DNA of 64,000 bases from Syntrophales bacterium (GTDB taxonomy: Bacteria; Desulfobacterota; Syntrophia; Syntrophales; UBA2210), in assembly GCA_963666365.2 (NCBI GenBank), contig CAXXNF010000001.1, positions 192,001-256,000 on the forward strand, written 5' to 3'. Positions within the stretch are counted from its first letter, which is position 1; every line of letters begins with the position of its first letter. This document shows, piece by piece, positions 29,760 to 38,194 of the stretch. The notes beneath the pieces were generated by a model, which ran no database searches, had not been told where the DNA came from, and saw nothing but the letters and a program-made list of their open reading frames with translations. The position numbers and the translations under genes were made by a program.

Positions 29760-30653
29760 ATGAATAGAGCTGCCTCAATCACTATCAAAAACGAAACCTG
29801 CACTCTCTGCGGTCTCTGTGCGGAAGTATGTCCCATCCCGGTTATCAGAAAAGATGGTAACATGGGAATGCGCATTCTCCCGGATCGGACGCCTCTCTGC
29901 ATCAGTTGCGGCCAGTGCATGGCGGTCTGTCCTGTGGAAGCAATCACCGTTGAAGGATTGGACTATCTGCGGGACTTCTTTCCGTTGCCCTCCGACGGGA
30001 CAGTCGAAACGCCCTTTTTGAAGATGATCCAAACGCGCAGATCGATACGGGTGTTCAAGGATACACCGGTACCCCGTAAAGTACTGGAGAAGGTGGTGCA
30101 GGCGATCGCCTTCGCGCCTCCCGGCTTTCCGCCTCTTAAAACCGAACTCGTCGTAGTTGAAGACAGGGGGGTGATTCGCCGGGCTTTGCCGGAAATAATC
30201 ACCTTCTATGATAAATTGATAACGGCAATGAGAAATCCCATTGCCCGTTTTTTCATTCGCCGTAACGCAGGACCATCGACATTCACGACACTGGAAAATC
30301 ATGTGGTGCCGTTGATGAAGAGCCGTCTCTCGGATTTAAAGGGCGGAGTCAATGACACGATTACGCGCAATGCCCAGGCAATGCTACTATTTCATGCCGC
30401 CCGCAATGCCGAGAACTATGAGACGGACATACACATCGCCCTGACTTATGGATTGCTGATCGCACACGAACTGGGCCTGGGGGCGACCGCGATAGACCTC
30501 ATTCCTCCGGCGATCGAGCATAGCCCCGCGTTGCGCAGGCTGTTCTCAATACCGGATGGGAATGTCGTGGTGTCTTCAATGGTCCTGGGCTATCCCCGCT
30601 ACCGGTACCAGCGGAGCATCAAGCGCGACCTCAAGAGCGTAACCTGGATATGA
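29760..30653 (+). CDS. Nitroreductase with N-terminal 2x[4Fe-4S] ferredoxin domain
   Basis: CTLCGLCAEVCP, CISCGQCMAVCP, TRRSIRVF, AHELGLGA, LGYP. Confidence 0.92.
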   Translation: MNRAASITIKNETCTLCGLCAEVCPIPVIRKDGNMGMRILPDRTPLCISCGQCMAVCPVEAITVEGLDYLRDFFPLPSDGTVETPFLKMIQTRRSIRVFKDTPVPRKVLEKVVQAIAFAPPGFPPLKTELVVVEDRGVIRRALPEIITFYDKLITAMRNPIARFFIRRNAGPSTFTTLENHVVPLMKSRLSDLKGGVNDTITRNAQAMLLFHAARNAENYETDIHIALTYGLLIAHELGLGATAIDLIPPAIEHSPALRRLFSIPDGNVVVSSMVLGYPRYRYQRSIKRDLKSVTWI

Positions 30654-30720
30654 GCACTGCAGGCTGATCGCTGAACAGTCGGCGCCATGGCGTTATAGAC
30701 TTCCTGTGTTCAGCGGACCC

Positions 30721-30924
30721 TTATTCATCGTGGTCTTCTTCGTCTTCTTCTTTATCGAATCCCATAACGTTCTCCAGGGCCACTGCTTCACGGCACTGCG
30801 GACAAAGATTATTCACCTGGGAATATCCGATATACCGAAGATATACGTCGGCATGCTCTTCGGAAGGGCTTAAGTTGTACAAATCATCCTCAAAACTCCT
30901 TTCGCAGCGGATACATCGTCTCAT
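30721..30924 (-). CDS. Small hypothetical protein with two CxxC pairs
   Basis: CIRC...CPQC, acidic tail, AAGGG upstream. Confidence 0.55.
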   Translation of the reverse strand: MRRCIRCERSFEDDLYNLSPSEEHADVYLRYIGYSQVNNLCPQCREAVALENVMGFDKEEDEEDHDE

Positions 30925-31171
30925 AATCGCCCCTTATAAACGTTTCTGAACCAAACTTTCGTGATGGTACTCCCAATTGAGGTATAACACCAGTATCATG
31001 TCATGCCGAAGGAGGTATTGGCATCTATTTTTTACCTCTCTTTCAGGAAAATCAGAGCTCTTGTCCACTCAATGATCACTCCTCTTTCCCGCTCTTTTTG
31101 ACTATCGGGACTGCAGTGGTTATATTGTCATTCAACAGAAAACAGATCAACTACCACCGAAGGAAATCGCT

Positions 31172-32185
31172 TTGACCATTATATTGAACAGCCTGAATTT
31201 CGTAAGAACGTATCTGCAGTATCTGATAATCGGAGTCATCGTTCTGGGACTTTTAAATGTGTATGTGTGTGGAGGGTTCGACACACCCAAATCGGTGCTG
31301 CTTATCATCGTGGTGTTCTTTGTGATTTATCCAGTGCTGATAAATACAAAATTTTCAGAAATTATCGGACATTTACGGGAGCCAAGGCCCATTTTCTGCA
31401 GCATCGCACTAAACTTTATCATATCTCCTCTTATCGCCTATGGTGTCGGCTTAACGATGCTGTCGGATCAGCCGGAGTTCTTTGCCGCGCTGATTCTTCT
31501 CTCGCTGATTCCCACAAGTGCAATGAGCGCTGCCTGGACATCCTTTTCAGGCGGCAGCATGGCGACGGTTCTGTATTTAATTCCATTGAATCTGCTCTTC
31601 GCAGCCTTTGTCGGATTGCCCTTCATACTGCCCGTACTCATCCGGGATGCCGTGTCGATACACCATGCGGCAATAATGAAAAATATCCTTCTTGTCTTTC
31701 TGATCCCACTTATTTTAGGCCAGATTACGCGCGTTTTTATCATTCGATATAAGGGAGCTGCCACATATCAGCGGCGTATTCAACCGGAACTGGGTGGAAT
31801 CAGCGCCATGGGCATCCTGGTGCTTCTGTTTCTTGTAATGTCCCTTAAGAGAAACTCGATTCTACTCCACAATTACCATCTGATACTTACTGCTGTCGTT
31901 CCGGTTATACTCTATTACATTTCGCTGTATGTACTCAGTGTTGTATGGGCGAGGCTCCTTGTCCGGCGAAAGATCCTGTCGCCGGACAAGGCGATAACGA
32001 TAATCTATACGTCTATCACCCGACATGTAAATATTTCCCTTGCTCTGGTTCTTTCCGCATTTCCTCTTGCGCAGGCTTCATTAATGATTCTGCTCATTGT
32101 CATAGCCTATATTATGCAAGTGCCAAGCATGGCGTTTTATGCACAGCACTATGGCAAGAAATTTGTCGCCGCAGGACCTGGTTAG
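31172..32185 (+). CDS. BASS/ACR3-family membrane transporter
   Basis: About 10 TM segments; IYPVL, LNFIISPL, PTSAMSAAWT..GG, PLILGQ. Confidence 0.75.
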   Translation: MTIILNSLNFVRTYLQYLIIGVIVLGLLNVYVCGGFDTPKSVLLIIVVFFVIYPVLINTKFSEIIGHLREPRPIFCSIALNFIISPLIAYGVGLTMLSDQPEFFAALILLSLIPTSAMSAAWTSFSGGSMATVLYLIPLNLLFAAFVGLPFILPVLIRDAVSIHHAAIMKNILLVFLIPLILGQITRVFIIRYKGAATYQRRIQPELGGISAMGILVLLFLVMSLKRNSILLHNYHLILTAVVPVILYYISLYVLSVVWARLLVRRKILSPDKAITIIYTSITRHVNISLALVLSAFPLAQASLMILLIVIAYIMQVPSMAFYAQHYGKKFVAAGPG

Positions 32186-32342
32186 CCTGTTCAGTATGAT
32201 GCGTGCAACTGTTTTGTTTTGCAGCGCCTTCTCACAAATGGGAATATCTGCCCAGGAAATACCTGGCCTATCATGGACTGCATCTTAGAAGTATTTGCTC
32301 TTTGGCTTCTCGAACTCATGTATCCGATTGGAACAATGTACA

Positions 32343-33119
32343 CTATAAGACGTTACCCCTTAACCAGCCGGGACGGTTTGTGGTCAAGGAATCGACACCG
32401 AGACTGCAGAAACGCTTTGCTTTCGCCACTGTGTTGACAGTCCACAGATGAAGCTCCTTACCGGCCCCATGGACTGCATCGACAAGAAAACGATCGATGG
32501 CGGCGCAGGCCTTGCCGTCGACGCCGTCGGCGCCCGTCAGTTCCAGCAGTGTCAGCATATCGCCCACAGGGGGATTCCAGGTTTCTGTTGCGCGGTCTCG
32601 TTTAAAATCAACGATCAAGAATGCTTTCAAAAGGGGAAGCATGCGCTTCGCTTTCATGACGATCCCGGTGTCGAAAGAAATAATCGCCATTTGTGTGGCG
32701 GCAAGTCCTGAAGATTCAACAATCTTTTTGAGGGATGCCATGATTTCAGGTCCGCTTTTGAGTTCCATGAATATTTTTTTTCCCTCGGGAACCGTGGCAA
32801 GCACCTCAGAGAGGGTCGGTATCCGTTCTCCTTTCCATTGGCAGCCTTTCCATAATCCAGCGTCCAGTCTCCGAAGCTCCCGAAGGCTCGTTGCAGCTAC
32901 ACTCAGTCGTACGCCGCAGGTACGCCTGGTGGTGGCATCATGGATGCACACTATTTCTCCGTCTCCTGTCAGGCGGAAATCACCTTCAATGCCGTCGGCG
33001 CCTTCCTTCCAGGCACGATTGAAGGCTGAGATGGTGTTCTCCGGGGCACCATGGGAAGCGCCGCGATGGGCGATCAGTGCAGGCATGACCATTTGAGTCT
33101 GCAGGGGCACCCTATCCAC
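32343..33119 (-). CDS. Glycerophosphodiester phosphodiesterase
   Basis: IAHRGAS, PENTISAF, GIEGD, CIHD, IPTLSEVL, ELK, WTVN. Confidence 0.92.
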   Translation of the reverse strand: MDRVPLQTQMVMPALIAHRGASHGAPENTISAFNRAWKEGADGIEGDFRLTGDGEIVCIHDATTRRTCGVRLSVAATSLRELRRLDAGLWKGCQWKGERIPTLSEVLATVPEGKKIFMELKSGPEIMASLKKIVESSGLAATQMAIISFDTGIVMKAKRMLPLLKAFLIVDFKRDRATETWNPPVGDMLTLLELTGADGVDGKACAAIDRFLVDAVHGAGKELHLWTVNTVAKAKRFCSLGVDSLTTNRPGWLRGNVL

Positions 33120-33121
33120 CG

Positions 33122-33625
33122 TCAGTCTTTTCTCCGCTGTTGCATCTGTAGTCTTTGAACGGCAATGCCGGCAACGGTTATAAGCACAAAGATGAGTGCG
33201 CCGATCGCCTCTTCAAGGCCCAGGGCAACCACTATTGCCCCGGCACCAGCCAGTGATGAAAGCATGATAAGCGCCCAGTCCATAATGAGTGCCGCAACTA
33301 CCGCGCCGATTACTCCCCCTATAACGGGACCGACGACGCTGACGCTTCCTATATCGTAGAACCGGCACACTGAAAAAAGGAGATAGGCACCGGCATAGAA
33401 GCCCGCCAAGGCAAAACCCACACGCTGCGCAAGAATGGCGACCACAATGCCCGCCAGTCCGAGCCCGGCGCCGGCCAGGAACTGCACCCATAGCGGCTGA
33501 TCGGGCAGAAGAAAGGCGGTAAATTCCAGGCCGGCAAGAAACCCTGCAATGCCTACAAAACACCAGAAGAGCTCACGCCCCAAAGTAAGAAGAACGACCC
33601 CCAAAATTATAAGCAGAATGTGCAC
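33122..33625 (-). CDS. DUF4203-like membrane protein
   Basis: Gly-rich hydrophobic helices GFLAG/GFYAG, SSLAGA, GIAVQ. Confidence 0.7.
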   Translation of the reverse strand: MHILLIILGVVLLTLGRELFWCFVGIAGFLAGLEFTAFLLPDQPLWVQFLAGAGLGLAGIVVAILAQRVGFALAGFYAGAYLLFSVCRFYDIGSVSVVGPVIGGVIGAVVAALIMDWALIMLSSLAGAGAIVVALGLEEAIGALIFVLITVAGIAVQRLQMQQRRKD

Positions 33626-33656
33626 GCCTTGCCACCTAAGAGAAAAGTGTTCCCCT

Positions 33657-33851
33657 TCACTGTAATATTTCTTTTACGCGGCCCACCTGGCCGGATACAA
33701 GGCGGACCTTGATACCGTGGGGATGAAACGCCGACTTTGTCAGTATGTCCCGCACAATTCCCTCGGTCGTCCTCCCCGATCGTTGATCCTCTTTAAGAAC
33801 AATGGCTACAGCCATCCCCGGTTTTATTTCTTCACGCTTTGTTCCATTCAT
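33657..33851 (-). CDS. YwbE-family (DUF2196) protein
   Basis: VLKEDQRSG..EGIVRDILTKSAFHPHGIKVRL..GQVGRV. Confidence 0.88.
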   Translation of the reverse strand: MNGTKREEIKPGMAVAIVLKEDQRSGRTTEGIVRDILTKSAFHPHGIKVRLVSGQVGRVKEILQ

Positions 33852-34019
33852 GAAATTCGCACTTTTTAAACGCTTTTCAATATAGTGATCAGATATAATA
33901 CAATCCGAAGGAAGCATTTACCACCTCTTTCTCCTTTTAAACGCTGCTTTCTTACATAAAAATATCCCCCCTATGTCTAAAAAACATTTGTTGTAGTCTC
34001 TATCACTTTGGAGATGAAC

Positions 34020-34108
34020 GGGGACACTTCCCTATTTTTGTACGGCAACTTGCTTATTTTCATTTTTATATCATGCACTTACAGACAAAAAAATAGGGAA
34101 GTGTCCCC
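34020..34108. repeat. 89-bp element with perfect 20-bp terminal inverted repeats (MITE/REPIN-like, family C)
   Basis: GGGGACACTTCCCTATTTTT (34020-34039) and AAAAATAGGGAAGTGTCCCC (34089-34108) around an AT-rich core. Confidence 0.85.
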
Positions 34109-34110
34109 TT

Positions 34111-35742
34111 TTATTTGCCGAAATGACAGAGGGGATAGACGCAGGTTTCGCAGTTGAGGCAAAAGCCGCCGTGCCCCAGGCGGGCAAGATCCTGCCGTGT
34201 GATGTCTAGTCCCGCCAGAATACGAGGGACAAGCACATCGAAACTGGTCGTCTTGAAGTAGAGCGCGGCGGCGGGGACGCCAATCAATTGTACGTTTCCT
34301 ATCCGGCCCGTCAGGGTCATGGCGCCAGGCAGAATCGGAGCACCGTAAACACTATCGACGGCGCCGGCATCGAGAAGTCCCAGACGGGTAACATCGTCAG
34401 GATCGACGGAAAGCCCTCCTGTCGTAACCAGAAGGTCGATTCCTTCACCGATCAGCTCGGCCACCCCTTCGGCAATGGCCTTTCGGTCGTCGGGAACGAT
34501 GCGGCTGTGAAAGGTTTCACAGCCCAGCTTCGTCAGTTTGGCCCGAATAAGCGGCTCAAAGCGGTCTTTCACAAGCCCCTTCGCCACTTCAGTTCCCGTC
34601 ACCAGTATGCCCACAACAGCCTTTCGAAGCGGCAGCACTTTAAACAGAGGAGCGCCGGCAAGCACCTGCATGGCCCTGTTAAAATTATTTTTCGATATAT
34701 ACAGTGGAATTGCCCGAGTTGCACCGATGCCGGAATCCGCCGACACGTACGTCCCGCTTCTGCGGCTTGCGCACATGACATCGGGAAGCAGGTTAAAAGA
34801 GGCAAGGCGTTCGACGTCTATGCTCAAGTAACCGTCTCTTTCTGCGTAAAAGGTTATTTTCCCTTCGCTCGGTGTCTCATTATGGCTTATCCCCTCCCCT
34901 GCCATGGCAGCGGCAAAGGCGCGGGCCGCGTCGTCTTCGTGAACCCAGTTTGCATCCGGCTCGCCCATTTCTTTGACATAGACACGTTCCCTCCCCATTG
35001 TGCGGAGCATGTCTATATCCTCGGACCTGACCACCTGATTATGCCTGAAGGCAGGGCCTTTTGCCTCGAAGGGAACAACCCGCGTCATATCGTGAAGACC
35101 GGTTTTCCCCAGAGCGTCCTCCACGGCAAGGGCTTTCAGCTCGGGGCCGGCCTCTCCCCCGGAGGGATCCTGCACCTGATAAGGGATTGCATCGCGGCAC
35201 CCCTTGCACAGGTCGCCGTCCCTGCCCGGGTAGGCCTCGCCACAGAGAGGACAGATGACGATTGTTTTGCCCTTGCTTCTTTTTTCCATAAATTTCGACT
35301 GTATTGCAACCCGCTGCGAGCCGAACATTTGATAGCCTGCATCTTTTATCTGATCGAGCAGCACCTCCAGATCCTGTTCTCTTTTCGGTTTGAGTTTCAG
35401 GAACCAGTTTTTGATTTCCGGCCAGTTGTCCAGTTTGGCCGCGTCGAGAAAGACTCGCACTCCGTTGCCCCCATATTTATCATAGAGGGTAACGGCATAG
35501 CGGCCGAGATCGACGATCTTCAACCAGCCGTTGCCGATGGTGCAGGGCGTGAGAAGCTGGACGGCATCGGGAAGGCAGCTGGGTGTTTCGCAGATCGCGT
35601 CACAGAGCGCCTCTTCCGGCATCTGGCTTCGCGCATATTGCACCATAAAACCACCGATGACTATGCCGGGAGCAACACTCCCGTGAAAGGATTTCGCCAG
35701 TTGGATATATTCTTCAAAGGAATAAATTCCTACATTCGCCAT
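34111..35742 (-). CDS. FmdE-domain / Zn-finger / MoeA-like molybdopterin-binding fusion
   Basis: FHGSVAPG..CLPDAVQLLTPCTIGNG, CPLCGE..CKGC, LHDMT, TGGLSVDPDDVT, PILPGAM, GHGGFCLNC..C. Confidence 0.88.
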   Translation of the reverse strand: MANVGIYSFEEYIQLAKSFHGSVAPGIVIGGFMVQYARSQMPEEALCDAICETPSCLPDAVQLLTPCTIGNGWLKIVDLGRYAVTLYDKYGGNGVRVFLDAAKLDNWPEIKNWFLKLKPKREQDLEVLLDQIKDAGYQMFGSQRVAIQSKFMEKRSKGKTIVICPLCGEAYPGRDGDLCKGCRDAIPYQVQDPSGGEAGPELKALAVEDALGKTGLHDMTRVVPFEAKGPAFRHNQVVRSEDIDMLRTMGRERVYVKEMGEPDANWVHEDDAARAFAAAMAGEGISHNETPSEGKITFYAERDGYLSIDVERLASFNLLPDVMCASRRSGTYVSADSGIGATRAIPLYISKNNFNRAMQVLAGAPLFKVLPLRKAVVGILVTGTEVAKGLVKDRFEPLIRAKLTKLGCETFHSRIVPDDRKAIAEGVAELIGEGIDLLVTTGGLSVDPDDVTRLGLLDAGAVDSVYGAPILPGAMTLTGRIGNVQLIGVPAAALYFKTTSFDVLVPRILAGLDITRQDLARLGHGGFCLNCETCVYPLCHFGK

Positions 35743-36497
35743 TTCTCAACCTCCAGTGAATCGTAGAGGACCGATCGATCGAACTCGTGATAGCGGTTGA
35801 ATCCGTATTTATAATCGTCTTCGGACCTTTTCTTCGCATTTCGTTCTTTTAATATGAATTGAAGCATCCATTTTCTTACGATCTTTCCATTCAGAATGGG
35901 GAGCACGTCGTCGGCGAGAAACAGCGCTTCGTCGATATCGTGCGTTACATGTATGATGGGCACGGAAAGTTGATTTCTCAGCGTTTTCAGCTCGTCCCTC
36001 AAATTCCTTCTCGTATTGGCGTCAAGAGCCGAAAAAGGTTCGTCCAGCAGCAGCACACGGGGCTTTCGCGCCAGGGCCTGGCAGATGGCGCATCGCTGGC
36101 GCTCGCCGCCGGAGATCTCGTGCTGCTTGCGATCCTTGAGATGCCAGATATCGAAGAGTTTGAGAAGTCGTACCACTTCATCCTTCGACTCGGCGGCGAA
36201 GGCCACATTTTTAAACACATTGAGGTGAGGAAAAAGCGTGTAATCCTGAAAGACAAACCCTAAAGACCGTTCCTGCGGAGGGCGTACTATGCCTTTTTCC
36301 CCATCGAACCACACTTTGTCATTGTAGGAGATTATACCGCTGTCGGGTCGCGTCAATCCGGCGATCATCCGTATGATCGTCGTTTTACCCGCGCCTGAAG
36401 GACCGACCAGGGCCAGCACATTTTTCTCGTCGCAGGAAAAGGCGACGTCCAGTTCGAAGTGGGGAAGTTTTTTTGTGATTTTCACTCTAAGACCCAT
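35730..36497 (-). CDS. modC: Molybdate ABC transporter ATP-binding subunit
   Basis: GPSGAGKT, ISGGERQR, LLLDEPFSALD, HVTHD; follows modB. Confidence 0.9.
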   Translation of the reverse strand: MGLRVKITKKLPHFELDVAFSCDEKNVLALVGPSGAGKTTIIRMIAGLTRPDSGIISYNDKVWFDGEKGIVRPPQERSLGFVFQDYTLFPHLNVFKNVAFAAESKDEVVRLLKLFDIWHLKDRKQHEISGGERQRCAICQALARKPRVLLLDEPFSALDANTRRNLRDELKTLRNQLSVPIIHVTHDIDEALFLADDVLPILNGKIVRKWMLQFILKERNAKKRSEDDYKYGFNRYHEFDRSVLYDSLEVEKWRM

Positions 36498-37152
36498 AGA
36501 TCTTACTCCTGGTGAGTCGATTAATAATTAAAAGAAAAAAATAACTGATCGGCACCAGTATCAGGCACATAATGCCCGCCTCCCGATAATTGAGCGCTTC
36601 CACCGCCTCGTATATGGCGATGGACGCTACCCTGGTCTCGCCGGGAATGCTGCCGCCGATCATGAGAATGACGCCGAATTCCCCCATGGTATGGACGAAA
36701 ACAAGTATGGCCGATGCGGCAACGCCCCCCAGCGCGTTCGGCACAATAACCTTGAAGAAGGTTGCCAGCGGGGAAAGGCCGAGCACATAGGCCGATTCAA
36801 GAAGCCGCCGATCGATCTTTTCAAAGGCCGTCTTCATCGGTTGTATGGCGAAGGGAAAACTGTAGACGATCGAGGCAATGACAATCCCCGTAAAGGTGAA
36901 TACGAGCGGCGACGACGTGACTGTTTCCCATATCCGTCCCAGGGCGCCCTTCGGTCCCATGACGACAAGGAGATAAAAACCCAGCACGGTCGGCGGCAGC
37001 ACCATGGGAAGATTGAGCAGGGCCTCAAGAAAGGACTTTCCGCGAAAGCGGAAATAGACCAGCAGATAGGCCAGGGGCGCCGATAGGATTATCAATATGA
37101 CTGTCGAAAAGATCGCCAGCTTTATCGAAAGATAAAGGGGAACAAGATCCAT
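36487..37152 (-). CDS. modB: Molybdate ABC transporter permease
   Basis: LPMVLPPTVLGFYLL, HTMGEFGVILMIGGSIPGET. Confidence 0.95.
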   Translation of the reverse strand: MDLVPLYLSIKLAIFSTVILIILSAPLAYLLVYFRFRGKSFLEALLNLPMVLPPTVLGFYLLVVMGPKGALGRIWETVTSSPLVFTFTGIVIASIVYSFPFAIQPMKTAFEKIDRRLLESAYVLGLSPLATFFKVIVPNALGGVAASAILVFVHTMGEFGVILMIGGSIPGETRVASIAIYEAVEALNYREAGIMCLILVPISYFFLLIINRLTRSKIYGS

Positions 37153-37926
37153 TTATTTATACCCGTAACGCTCCTTCACCTTAACGGCCGCGGGAGAGAG
37201 CAGAAATGCGGCATACTGCTCCGCCGCCTTCCGGTTGGCGGTATTCGAAAGTACGCAGGCGGCCTGCATGATGGGCGGCGCCTGCGGGATCCTGTAGACG
37301 CAGCCCTTTCTGCCGTCATCGGACAGCGCCGAAGAATAGGCGCAGAACCCCAGATCGGCAGACTCCGTGACCGCATACTGGAAGGCCTGGGCAACCGTCT
37401 GGGGAAAGACAAACTTCCCCTCAAGGGCATCCCAGAGCCCCTCTTCTTTGAGCGCGTTCATGGCAACCGTTCCATAGGGGGCGGTCACTGTATTGGCGAT
37501 GGCAATTTTATGAATTTCTTTTCGCTGGATCACCTCCCGCCAGTCGGCAGTACCGCAGAACTCTTTTTTCGCCGTCCAGAGGACAACCTGCCCCTGAGCA
37601 TAGACAAAGGGTTTATCCGACAGCCCCTTTTCGAAAAGGAGACCGGGGCGTTTCTCGTCCGCGGCGAGGAAAATATCGTAGGGCGCCCCTTTTACGATCT
37701 GGCTGTAGAGCTTTCCTGTGGAAGTGTAGGTTGCCTCGGCTACTATGCCGGTTTTCTCCCGAAACATTTTCACAAGCTCCTGGGAGGGCAGAATAAAATT
37801 GGCCGCCACGGCCACAATGAGCTTGTCCCCCGCCCAGGCCGAAGAAAAAGATGCGAAAAAGACTGTTGCTATGACGGTTATGGCTGTAAATATATTTTTC
37901 AGACCTCTATTCCACGTAAGTTTCAT
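37153..37926 (-). CDS. modA: Molybdate ABC transporter substrate-binding protein
   Basis: Signal peptide, VAVAANF, STGKLYSQI..GAPYDIFLAAD, TAPYG. Confidence 0.93.
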   Translation of the reverse strand: MKLTWNRGLKNIFTAITVIATVFFASFSSAWAGDKLIVAVAANFILPSQELVKMFREKTGIVAEATYTSTGKLYSQIVKGAPYDIFLAADEKRPGLLFEKGLSDKPFVYAQGQVVLWTAKKEFCGTADWREVIQRKEIHKIAIANTVTAPYGTVAMNALKEEGLWDALEGKFVFPQTVAQAFQYAVTESADLGFCAYSSALSDDGRKGCVYRIPQAPPIMQAACVLSNTANRKAAEQYAAFLLSPAAVKVKERYGYK

Positions 37927-37974
37927 CTCTGTATCCCTTTGTAAGTAGCAGCCGATTTACGGCTTCGAGTCTTG

Positions 37975-38027
37975 ATATGCTACAATTAACATATAATGTG
38001 CATACCGTAAAATGATGGACCTGTCAA
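37975..38027 (-). promoter_or_regulatory. modA promoter with ModE-like palindrome
   Basis: TTGACA-17-TATGCA then ATATGTT-N6-AGCATAT (37975-37994). Confidence 0.55.
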
Positions 38028-38159
38028 AGAAAATATGTTTATTTTAGCATAGATAACGGTGATACACCCTGTCTTGCACCGGGTTACTCGCCCAGCGCCT
38101 GTGACGTCTCATCGAGCTGCGGGGCTGAATTCGTTGCCTAGGACCGTGGTGACACCACG

Positions 38160-38190
38160 AAAGCGGGCGCCTCGGGGGCGCCCGCTTTTT
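38160..38190. terminator. Rho-independent terminator after the formate dehydrogenase gene
   Basis: AAAGCGGGCGCC-TCGGG-GGCGCCCGCTTT. Confidence 0.8.
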
Positions 38191-38194
38191 CGTT

